A DNA stretch of 64,000 nt, from NCBI GenBank assembly GCA_009103225.1, contig RHPI01001037.1:1154916-1218915 (forward strand), read 5' to 3'. Below, in pieces: positions 23,129-34,638 of this stretch. Origin of the DNA: Chlorokybus atmophyticus. Taxonomy: Eukaryota > Plantae > Mesostigma and Chlorokybus algae. The notes beneath the pieces are model-generated. The model saw only the letters and a list, made by a program, of their open reading frames with translations, did no database searches and had not been told where the DNA came from. A program made the position numbers and the translations under genes. Each line of letters begins with the position of its first letter. The stretch's first letter is position 1.

Positions 23129-26119
23129 ATGGGGGAGGCTGACGAAGCCCGCATGGCTGCGCCAGGGACGATCATGACGCTGCCTGCGCCGCCTCCAGGG
23201 GGGTTGGGGGTTGAAGGGGGTGCTGTGGTTGTGTCTGCACGGGCCAATGGCGGGTTCTCTTCAGCTCCGGAGAAGCCAAAGGTGGTGCCGACGCAGACGA
23301 AGGCTGTCGGTATCATTCACCCTCCGCTGGATATCAGAAACATTGTGGACAAGACTGCACAGGTATTGTATATCCTGCACAGCAGTCGCAATCCCTCTAA
23401 CCGTGTTTCACTCAGTTTGCCACCCTGGTAAGTTCTCTCCTCTCGTGTCAGCTGCCGAAAACTTGTTCATAATGCTCTCAAATTGCGGATGCGAGTTGAG
23501 CAATGTGCTCAGTCAAAACTGGTTGCATCGGCTCGCATGCATGCGAGCCGATGCAACCAGTTAGTGTCTTGCATGATACACCAGAAACGTGTTACGAAGA
23601 CGCTGATTACTTGCCCTTGGACACGATGCCAGTTGTAGTAGTCTTTGCTAGCTTGACGTGAGCACGTGGTAGCACGTGCTCAGATATCTTCTAATGCTTG
23701 CATTTTGGGTGAAGTTGTTGGCCATCAGGTCAATCAAGCAGCTGAGCTCTATTATTCGTTGTTCGCAGTTTGTTGCCAAGAATGGAGCCGAATTTGAAAA
23801 GCGTATTCATGCCAGCAACAAGGGCAATGTTAAGTTCAACTTCTTGAATCCGGGTGATCCCTATCATGCATACTATCAATACAAGTTGAAGGAGTACATA
23901 GAGGGCCTTGGCAAGCCACCGCCACCACCCAAGCTAGAGGATGGTGCGTCCGCAAATGGCACAACAAATGCAGGTTTCGCGGCAGCTCTTAAAGAAGAGG
24001 CCATACGGGAGCCTGCTGAGCCGCTTGAAAAGCCTGACCCAGATCAGTATCTTGTTCCTATACCGCCCGGCCTTACTCCTTTGGACCTGGATGTTATCAA
24101 GTTGACTGCTCAGTTTGTAGCTCGCAACGGCAAAAGCTTCCTTGCAGGTTGGTTGGTTTGCACGAGTCCATTGCACAGTAGGGAGTGCAATGCATGTACA
24201 TGCGGTGGGTACTGACCACACATGTTGCCCAGGACTTACCAGCCGAGAGCACATGAACCCACAGTTCAACTTTCTAAAGCCTACTCACAGCTTGTTTACA
24301 TTCTTCACCACGCTTGCGGACGCTTACTCTAAAGTTCTGATGCCACCAAAGGGCCTGGCAGAGAAGCTCAGGAAGGAGGCAGAAGACCGCAACATTATTC
24401 TTGAGCGCATCAGAAAGCGGCTGAACTTTGAAAGGTCCCAGGATGAAGCCAGGCAACGAGCAGAGGATGAAGCAGAGGCAGAACGACAGAAGATGGCCGC
24501 GATCGATTGGCATGACTTTGTGGTGGTGGAGACCATTGAGTTCTTTGATGACGAAGATGAGGAGCTTCCTGCGCCGATGACAATGGACGAGGTCATAAGA
24601 AAGCTGCGAGACCTGCCTGTAGAAGAGGAAGATGAAGCTGCAGCTACCAAAGCAGACATGGAGATGGAGATGGATGATGAGGAGATGGACTTGGTGCAAC
24701 AAGGGCTAGAAGCTGACAAGCCAGCAGAGGCGGCAGCTGCACCCACAGTGCCAAGTGTGCCTGCACCAGAGACTGCACCGGACATATCTAAGATGCGCAT
24801 TGTTCGAGACTACAAGCGCCCTGAGGAGCGCTTGGCGCGGCGTGAGGATGGCGTAAAGATGGTGGTGTCTCCCATCACAGGGGAGCTGCTGCCCCTTTCG
24901 GAGATGGCAGAACACATGCGTGTATCACTGATTGACCCCAAGTTCAAGGAGCAGAAAGAGCGAATGATGGCTAAGCTCAGGGAGACAACAATGGCGAACG
25001 ATGACGAGATTACGCGCAACATTGTTGGGCTTGCACGAACACGGCCAGACATTTTTGGTACCACTGAGGAAGAGGTGCGCATGCTTGGACAAGACTGTTC
25101 TTGTGCACACTGCTGGGTTATGTATTTGTTCTTCTATTAATTGTGACTTGTACAGGTGAGAAACGCGGTTGCTGAAGCTGTTGACAAGGACAAGGCCGAT
25201 GCTAGCAAGCCAAATGGCGCCAGTTCAATTGCAGCACCGCCAAGGTTGGGCCAGCCTTCACCGCCTGTATCGACACCCCCACCCCCTCCTGTGCTGCTTC
25301 GACCGCCAAATTCAGCCCCGCCATTGCTGCAGCAACCAATACCACAACCAAGGCCGCAGCAGTACACACCATCGCCGCTTCAGCAATACCCTGCCCCACC
25401 GCCGCCAGCCGGCACGCAGTACCCACCAGGCATCCCTCCGCATTTGCTTCGTCCTGGGGGTACGGCAGCCGCTCCTTCAACTCAACAGCAAATGCCACCT
25501 CACATGCAGCCTCCACCAATGTACAGGCCTCCAATGCCCATGCCACCGGGCATTCCCGGCATGCCTCCGGGCATGCCACCACCCCTGAGTACCTTTGCAC
25601 CCCCTGGGACGATGCCGGGAACTATGCCAGGCATTATGCCCAGCACCATGCCTCCAGCACCGCCTCCACCCCCACCACCTCCCGAAGAACCAGAGCCCAA
25701 GCGACAAAAGTTGGAAGAACAACTTGTCCCTGAGCAGCAGTTCCTGGCTATGCATCCGGTATGCTTTGGTAGTGTAGGTTTGCCATATTGCTAGGACGCC
25801 CCAGCACACTGACAGTTTCATGTGTGCACTTCAGGGTACTGCCCGTGTCACGATCACCGTGCCAGCTGTTGAACGAGAAGGGGGAGAGTACGCGAACCTG
25901 AAGGGGCAGACAGTCACTCTAACTGTCAATTCTTTGGCCGAAACTATTACTGGCTTGAAGAATCTTCTGGCAGCAGAGTTGGGTCTTCCACCACCCAAGC
26001 AACAGATACAAGGAGAAACTGGATTCTTAAAGGATCATCTGTCCCTGGCTCATTACAACGTTGCTCCAGGCGTGCAACTGTCATTAAAGCTGAAAGAGCG
26101 CGGAGGCCGCAGGAGATAA
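23129..26119 (+). CDS. SF3A1: Splicing factor 3A subunit 1 (SF3a120/Prp21)
   Basis: SURP1 VGIIHPPLDIRNIVDKTAQ|FVAKNGAEFEKRI; SURP2 LDVIKLTAQFVARNGKSFL; IDWHDFVVVETIEF; SPITGELLPLSEMAEHMRVSLIDPK; LARTRPDIFG; a Pro-rich region; a C-terminal ubiquitin-like domain ending FLKDHLSLAHYNV..LKERGGRRR*. Confidence 0.96.
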
Positions 26120-28539
26120 CAGTACGATAACAGTACGCTGTGCAACTCTGTTCTATGTACATTCTTGAGGTGCAACCATCCAGTTGCCGTCATTGTTGGT
26201 TTCTGTGCGCTCGAGGGTGAGGTTGCTGGCATTAAGGGCTGTGGAGGCAGCGCATGCAGCCTGTTGCGCATGTAGCATAGCCAGCAGTGATGAAGCACTA
26301 AGCCCAAACATGGAGGTGGAGAGGTGCCTGTATCATGCCACGCTAAGGGCCACGAACTTATGTGCGCAATTATAAGCAGTGCATGTATTATCGCCCCAAC
26401 ATCCACCTTTGCAAGTGGCATATGTATCAGTTTCTGATGCAGCAAGCACTGTGTTTGGCTAGGTATGATAGCAGGTACTGAAATGCTTTATTATTGTTAT
26501 GTAGAGAGACACTGGCTAGTTGTTGGCGCGTAGAACATACGATGTTCCAAGGTGGTGCACTCAAGGTGAACGTTTGTGCCGCTGAGTGCATGAAGCGAGT
26601 AGGTGCCTTACTCATAGGAATAGACAGAAAAGCACTATTATCAGTGACGTAAGCGTTCATTGTTAGCGCTACAAGGAATAACCCATTCTCCTGTGACTAC
26701 TTGCATACGCCATGACTCAATGCTTGTTGCATTCGATGGCCCCGCTGTTCTACTTGAACCGAGCTGATCACCTCTTCATGGGCATTCCGTAAAGTATGGA
26801 AGTCGCACACCATCAGTGGCTAACACCTCACATGATGTTGGGGGTGCATCAATCCTTGTCACGGAAGCAGCCATAGGCCACAAGTCCCATTGCTCCACCA
26901 ACACCTCAATTAAGCTAACTTAACTCTTCCATTGACCAAGCGTACACATGTATATAAAATGTTGTCACACTCGTCTTCTGAACTGTGACCGGAGCAAAGA
27001 TGGCACATACGCAGCATTGTGCCATCTATGATCCGAATGCTTCGTTTCGGCACCAGCGACGCCAGCAACACGGTGCCTGGTAGAAGTTTTCTGCACAACA
27101 CATTTTACAAATGCACTTTACTGTGCACAACACACAATGTGCAACGCTGACGCTGCGCATTTGTTTGTGCACATTGATGTACATTTGAAAGCTCGTGATG
27201 CTCCAGACTTAACCAGGCGCTAAACATGGTGTTGCTGTTGTCGCTGGTGCCAAAGTGAAGCATTCAAGTTGTGCGCGTAACGTTGGATATTTTGTATCTA
27301 ATATTCAGCCGAGATCCCGTTTCTTATGACAAGTAAAACGATGATTTGCAACACACTGTTGTGCAATGGCAGTGTCCGCTTTGAGGAATTGAATATTTCG
27401 GTTCTCTCATGCCAGTGCTTGTCGTTACCATTAACCAAATGCCTCCTGCTGCAATTTCAAGTTTACCTTACATCTGATGATGCCGGAGACTCTGATGCCA
27501 CAACTCCTCCCAAAATGCGTCAGCTCAAGAGCAACACCATAGGTATGTAACCATGTAAACATCTGGGGCAATGGAGGACAGATGACGGTGCTTGTCAATC
27601 ACATTCAAAATAATAACTCTTGCCTTTCTCACCAAGATTGTTTGCATACACAAATAGAGGCAACAACGCAAGCAACTTGTGCTGTTCAGGTGCATACTGC
27701 ACTTACTGGTTGTGGTCTGCTAGTTGTGCTATCCTCGTGTTCCTTTCAATGCACTCCAGGCAGCAGCTCACAGCATGGTCACACGCAGCTGACGATATTC
27801 TCCATTTGTATACATTGCTATTGCTGATTCAACCAGGTTGCAAAAAGCGCCTACAATAAGGAGGCAACCCAACAAGCTGAGCACGTGCATCTAGTTTGTG
27901 ACTGTGTGGCGTGTATGTGGTAGATGGGTGTGTGTGCTATTATGACCATAGACCCTGTTGTGCTTATACTGGAGCATTTTCTCAGCAGAGCAGCTACAAG
28001 CATGGCACAGACCACGCTGCTATGCTGCAATGGTGCTGGCTGCAACTGTGGCAAGGCTCACCCAGCAGTAGCCAGTACACCTGTCGGGAGGTCGGGGCCT
28101 TGAACGCACTCCCATCGCCAGGTCCAGCGCTGCTCAGGAGAATCGGCTTGCTTGGCACTCAAAGCACTTGCAGGCTGCCAGGAACACTGGGAGGCATGCC
28201 TGGACATGCCACAGTCAGGTGGGTTGTCGTTGATGGCCAGTGCACAAGGCCAGGCACATGTTTCTACTTCATGAGAGGCAATTGACAAGCTGGCCCCATG
28301 CCACCTGCATCCGCTGTAACAAACACCACATGGCACCGGTCAGTATGCGCATGCTGGCCTGAAGTCTTCAACTTGTTAAGTAGTTTGCGTTGCTACCTCC
28401 AAACCTTGTTGAGCCGGAAGCTGCACTTGCCTGGTAACGTGATTGTCAAGTGGCCGTGGACTAATGCTGTGGAGGCGTGAGCGCCTGTACAGTGCAACCT
28501 GCTATCCTGCACCCTTGAAGCTTTGCAGCATGGTGGCAC

Positions 28540-29790
28540 TCACTTAGCTTCACGTCCAGCAGTTGGGTCCCACCGCGCCACACTAACAAACTCCACGCTA
28601 AGTTTGTTTAAGCAGCTCGGCGATGTCCAATCTATCTGTGGCTGCTTTGGCTGGACGTAAACCAGTAGCAGGCCCTGAGACAGCATGCACGTTAGCTTGC
28701 ACCTCCTTGCCTGAGATCTATCACTCCGCACATGGAATGTCCATTCCAACATGACTGACGCGGCCTGTAGAGGTGCGCTTGCAACTACAGCACAGCGCAA
28801 CTCTGCCTGCTGTTGTGATGTACCTTTGCCACCTGTCCACTGACTCGCGACAGACACTGCACACTCCGCCATGTCAACTGTTGATGGGGTGCAGCTCTGG
28901 TCACCGCGACAGCGCAGTAACTGTACAGCGGTCAATGTGGGTCCTTTGCAAACAAATCCGCTGCATGCAAGGGATGGACAGAGATCGCCACCAACACCAC
29001 TGTGCTTACTCAGAATGCGCAATGGAGGGGTGGTGCCTGTACAGCACATAGTCACATCCATAGAGCATCCCCTGCCTGGGCAACCAACCCTGCAAGCGAA
29101 ACTGCTTGTAGGCAGCATACTCAACAGCAAAGTTTGTGCGTATACTTGTGAAGACTGTCCAGCACTCAGCTGCAGTCAACGCTTGCGCCTGTGAGTTGCG
29201 CAAGACACGGATGAGAAGATCATGAGCAACTGCACAGCTTTATCAACGAACATACCGCATTGCACTCTGCAAGATCCAAAAAACAACATTTGTCAACAAG
29301 CAGCAGTGCGTATGTTGGCTCAACAGCTTCATAGCGAGAACTTTACCAGGTCAGCTATGCTTCGCAACTGAAGACACTCGTATTCAGCCGCCAAAAAGTA
29401 CGCTTCAACCGCACTGACAAAGACAGCGCTCTCCTCCCCTTATACAGACGCCAGTCAGAGATCAACAATAAAACCAGCATGCTTGCCCTGTCACCGTCGT
29501 GATGGCATACCTGGCGAAGTAGCTCTGCTCTGGCCATCATTCCCAACGTCTGTGGAAGGGAACGTAACGCCGAAGCAGGTTGCCGAAAGCAAGGCAGCTG
29601 TGCCAGCTTCAGCGCAGTCCAAGCGGACAGGAAGAGATGAAGCACCAGGCGCACCGACGCTCACCCACCCAATGATCGCAGAAGCAGACAATGCGCGCAG
29701 CGCTGCTGCCGCCCTCCCCGCCGCCAGCAGGTCATCCTCACAAACCTTGACCTTGAAACGCGTGGCATGCCAGACAGGCCCCCGACCCAT
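28540..29790 (-). CDS. SEN2: tRNA-splicing endonuclease catalytic subunit Sen2
   Basis: LLSATCFG, SAVEAYFL, FAVEYAAYKQFRLQGWLPRQGMLYGCDYVLYRHHPSIAHSE (catalytic Y/H motif) and the C-terminal LLLVYV..VARWDP. The start codon is tentative. Confidence 0.9.
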
Positions 29791-30086
29791 TCCAACCTGT
29801 CGCCTATGGAGCCCACAGCTACACCAGCATCCTCAAGCATGCCGCCAAGCACATGCTGGGCCGTCACTGCATGCTTATACCCAGCCGCGGTTTCATCAGG
29901 CCATTGACACTACTGTGGGGCCCACAGTGCGGGCCATTACACTACCAGGTACTACCGGTACTAGGGTCCTAATGGCGCTTGTGATCATCAACAGATGACT
30001 GTAAACATGATGTTGTATGAGTTGTGTGCTTATACCCGGGGTCGGCTATACAGCGGCAGTGTGAGGCGAAGCACAGTGCTGAGCGC

Positions 30087-33015
30087 ATGGCCATGCATGC
30101 GGTAGCGGGGGCAGTGGCGTCGGCGTCGGCGTCGGCGTCCGCTTCGGCGTCGGGCCGATTATGGGTGAACGTTTCTGCTTTCCCTTCTAGGTCTCCGAGG
30201 CGGCGGCGGGAACGTCGCCGCCCTGGTCTTCAGGAGGCTGGTAGTGGAGTAATTGTCGTGCGGGCTGTTGGCGCTCAGCCGCACAATGCTGCTGCTGCTG
30301 CTGGAGGAGGTGGGAGACCACCAATTCCACCTCGCCCACCGCCTCCGCCACGACCAGCGTCTCCTCATGGACGAGCTGCTGCCTCTCCTCCACCTCCTCC
30401 GCCTCCTCCCGTCGCCTCCACCTCCGCCTCCTCCTTCGACGCGACATCGCTGGAGGAGGCCGTCCTGGACTTCATGGACGCCTCTTTGCATCCCGACCGC
30501 TTCCCCTCGGAGCAAGAGCTGATTGCCGCCGGCCGTAGGGACCTCGCCGCAGCCATTCGCAAGGAGGGTGGATGGATGTCCGTCGGCTGGTCCACCTTGC
30601 CGCCGCCGCCGCCTCCCCCTACCCTCCTGGACCTCCTTCCTTTTGAGGGGGAGGAGGAAGATCAAGAGGTGGCAGCGAAGGTGAGCGATGCCGATGGTAG
30701 CATGGACATGGACATGGACGTTTTGGAAGCACCAGGCATGCCGCCTGATCCCAAGGAGGCGGCGTTTGAGGAGGCTCTGCTGCAATTCATCAAGGTATGT
30801 TGCCTAGCATAGAGATGGTTTCACGTAGTATACAATAAATGAGTGCGGCTGTGCAGTAGTGTTGAACGTTGTGTAGTGCACTATGCATGGTTGCATATTG
30901 GCAATCAGGGTGGTATACGATTGCACACGCATTCGTAAGCAAACGTTTGCTGCGTGCGAATATCAGTGCAAGTATAGTTTGCCATCCGGGTGCAGCATCA
31001 CGCGCGCAAGTAAGGACTGAGCTAGGCCACTTCATGCATTCTACACTGCGCATGTGACAGGATTGGTGTGCATGATCATTTGCTGCATTCAGTGGCACCG
31101 GTGTCAGACAGTGCAGGTACAGTTCGCCATCTGGGTGCAGCATCGCGCGCGCAAGCAAGGATTAAGCTAGTCCACTTGCACATGCAATCTACATTGCGCA
31201 TGTGACAGGATTGGTGTGCACGATCACTTGCTGCATTCAATGGTACCGGTGTCAGACAGTATATGCCCTTCTTGATTATGCAGTAAGCGTGCTATTGCAA
31301 TGCAGACATCTGGTGAAGGGCGCAAGCTGCCGTCGGAGCAGGAAATGCTGGATGCAGGCCGGGCCGACCTCGTGGCCATGATAACGGACAGGGGTGGATG
31401 GCTTGCTGTGGGATGGAGGGTATGTTGACTCGCAGTTTGCCCAACATGTTCTCACCTGAGCAGTGGTTGTTTGTGTTGACGCTGTGCATTCATATTTGGG
31501 TTTTGCAGATGGCCCGCCAGCTGGAGCAACACAGGAGCCAAGTTGGGGTCATATGGGGGCAGAGTTCTGGCTGGGACGGGAGTGCAAGGGATACACCTGG
31601 CAGCAGTAGTGGCCGAGATGGGCTGAATTGGCAACGCGGGAGGCCTTCAACGTTTTTTAACTTACGCCCATTGACGGTTCCTATGTCCGTGGAGCGGCTG
31701 GAGCGAGAAGTGGCTCCGTATTCCAGTGACGGTGCTATGCCATGTGAGGCTGAGCTGCTGGCTGCCGGACGCCCAGACATTGTGTCCGCCATTCGACACC
31801 ATGGTGGGTTTCTAGCAGTGGCTGCCCTGTTTGACCTTGATCCACACCGCATAGCTGGGTCCTCCTACTCTAAGCCGTCTACATCTGCCTCCTTTTCTTC
31901 TGCCACCACTCCCTATGCCAGCAAGGTATCGCTCTTGTTTATTCGCCTTCACTAGCTCAGCCCTGTGCTAGTACACGCTAGGCAGTCAGTCGCCTTCTAT
32001 GCTTAATTGTCAAGGGTTGATCTGGCATGCACGGTCACTGCGTGCAAGCATGGTCGTCAGCTACATGAATTGCACAACAGGCACCCTATGCCTATGGGAG
32101 GAGCCAAGTTCCTCCTGCTGTGTCTTCTGCAACAAACTTTAGTCTCAACATGGACACTCAGAAGCGCCCTGGAAGGTCACGTGGTTCGGATACGGCATTG
32201 GAGGCAAAACCTCCTTCACTGCCCATGCAACTCTCACGACCGCTAGCTGCATTGACTACCACACAACCCAGAACGCCAACTGCACCGGTTAGTGTCTTGC
32301 CTTCTGTTATCCCACAACTCTTGCAGCAACTTAAGGTGTGCATTGGTTCCAGGAATCAGTAGTGCTCTTATGTAATTGCATACAGGCTGGCAGTGGGGCT
32401 CAGCTCAACCTGGCAGAACGGGCATCTGCAGTAATGGAGAGCATTCGTTCAATGGGTGAGGAGCTGGAGGCAACGCGATACGCTATTGGTGCTGAGCGCG
32501 GCGAACTGAGGGAACAGGCTGAAAGATCAGCGTTGCATGCAGCGGCCGTGGAAGAGCTGCAGCGAGCAACCGATGAGCTGGAGTTTCGTGAAGGCGACGT
32601 TGAAACCACTGAACGCCAGCTGCGTGCCACCCAGTCGCAAATAACACGTGAACAAGGGCAGCTTGCACTGGAAGTGTCGGAGGTGACGCGTGCGCTGCGG
32701 GAACGCGACGGGCGACTGGCAGCTGCGGAGGCAGCACTGCGCAAGCTGCGAGTCACGCGGATTGTTTGGCCGTGTGGTGTGGGCTCAGGGGATGAGGGCG
32801 CTTCCTCCGTCAGTGTGTTTGGCACCTTTGACGGATGGAATGGTGGAGTTCCTCTTGTGCGTTCTGAAGCGGGCGTCTGGGTGGCGGAGCTGCAGCTGTA
32901 TCCTGGGCGCTACCAGATAAAGTTTGTTGTTGACGGCATCTGGCGCGTTGATCCCTCGCGACCTATCGCTCGTGACGCCAATGGCAACGAAAACAATGTG
33001 GTGTATGTTGAATGA
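30087..33015 (+). CDS. PTST2: PROTEIN TARGETING TO STARCH 2/3-like (FLO6-like) plastid protein with coiled coil and C-terminal CBM48
   Basis: Transit-peptide-like start; LDFMDAS..FPSEQELIAAGRRDLAAAIRKEGGWMSVGW, typical of PTST2/FLO6; coiled coil at ~32400-32750; CBM48 VSVFGTFDGW..LYPGRYQIKFVVDGIWRVDP..GNENNVVYVE*. Confidence 0.85.
30972..31260. repeat. Two-copy ~145-bp tandem duplication in PTST intron 1
   Basis: Copy 1 starts gtatagtttgccatccgggtgcagcatc at 30972 and copy 2 starts gtacagttcgccatctgggtgcagcatc at 31117. Both end ..ccggtgtcagacagt. Confidence 0.9.
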
Positions 33016-34229
33016 TGAAATAATGGAAATTTGTCTTCACATGCTATGTTGATTGGCATATGCAATGCCAGTGTTCATTTCTGCAAACAGCCATTGAAGG
33101 TCTGCGCCGTCAGCTGTGCCATGTCAGGGCTTGTCTTGAGCATTTAGGCTGGCCCCTTGGCTCGAATGTTCTCATTGCATATGGTCCCTCTGCGCTTTGC
33201 AGCTTGTTCCTTGCTGCGTGTCAAGCTACCGACCTGCCTGCTGTCTCCCTGCTATCCTTTGAGGGGCTAGTTGTAGCAATGTTCTAGCTGGTGACTATGC
33301 TAGGCTGTTGTCCTAGCTCTGCCTTGGCCCCATGTAATCTATGCCCGTTGCTTGGTGTACTGATGCATTTGCCTTAGCCTTACCCGCATTGTGAGCTTTG
33401 CGTTGTGGGTATGCTTGGTAAGCAACTCTGTTGGTTATGGTGAGTACATTATTTTATTGAACCTTATACTATTGTGGGTACATAGAGTCCATGGCAAGCA
33501 CATCACACGACTACCACATGCGCGTCACATTCACATATGCTGCATGACATTGTAGCGTATGTGAATGTGGCACGCATAAGAGGCCAAATACAGCGGGTCA
33601 ATGCAGCTACAATAGCTTGACGGACTTAATGCATGCTACGTGTTGTACATAATTCACTGCTACAAGTACACACGTGCTGGGTCTGTATGTATTCTGGGCC
33701 TCTCTATGTTACCCTACACATGCGCTGTGGCGCTCTTGTGTGTAGGTGAGCCCTTGGATTTGCCATGTGTTGCTGACTGCAAGTGGTGCTGCTAAGCGGC
33801 CTAACGCATCAGCGTTGCCTTTGCCGTTGCTGCTTGTGACTATCAATGCCTAACACTCACTTGTTCATTGTTCGCTTGACTGACTCGCGCTTATGCTACG
33901 ACTGGCGTGTGTGCTTTGCATTAGCACAACATCAAAGCATTGTTTCACCTATGTATAGGTTGCCTTATGTAAATGCCAGAGTTGCTGCTGCAGTAACCTG
34001 GGCGGGCTTGCCTATCGCAACTTTGGCGCTAGCGTTGTTGCTTGACAGACTTTTGTTTCCCTGCCTCTCGTTCATTATTATGTTGAGTCTACTTGTATTT
34101 TAGACTCATGTATGTTACGCTACACATGTACACATGTATGAATGCTTCAAGCACTGCATCTTTTCTATGTACATGTGTACATGATATATGACGTGCTGTT
34201 GTGCACACATATGGGCATGCAACATGCAA

Positions 34230-34638
34230 CAACAATTGTTGACCTTGACGTGTACCGCATTGGGAACAGCACTGCTGTACTTAGATGTCACCGTGTATCA
34301 GATTTTAAACACGGGGCTCGTCACGCGTATATATAACAAACTCAACACCCCGGCAGTCGCGGGCATCCCTGTGCGCAAAGCCCCCCACCCCACCTCCAAC
34401 ATCGCGTTGTCGGCGAAGTTGAATGTGGTAACCTCGCAACTTGCGCGGTACTCCAACATCTTGCTTTGAACAGTTTTTGCGGAATTTTATGGAGTATCTG
34501 TTTTGGTTGCAGGCAGAGGGGTACAGAATGAAGACGATGCTGTCAAAGTTGAGGGCGAGGCTGTTTTGCTCGCAGGCTCTGTACTTGGAGCTGACATGTA
34601 AGCATATGTATGTGCACATATGCAAACGTGTGTCATGA
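34230..34638 (+). mobile_element. Degraded 3' fragment of a Penelope-like retroelement reverse transcriptase
   Basis: LYLDVTV..LVTRIYNK..KAPHPTSNIALSAKLNVVTSQLARY, then a frameshift to FLRNFMEYLFWLQAEGY..LSKLRARL*. This fits RT motif 7 plus the PLE-type thumb (PH..SNI..SQL.RY..L..GY). Confidence 0.75.

Noticed and set aside
24274-25600. Long minus-strand ORFs opposite SF3A1 (similar shadows occur over the NTMC2T5, PTST and Kelch exons)
   Set aside because: Antisense shadows of GC-rich real exons with no motifs of their own.
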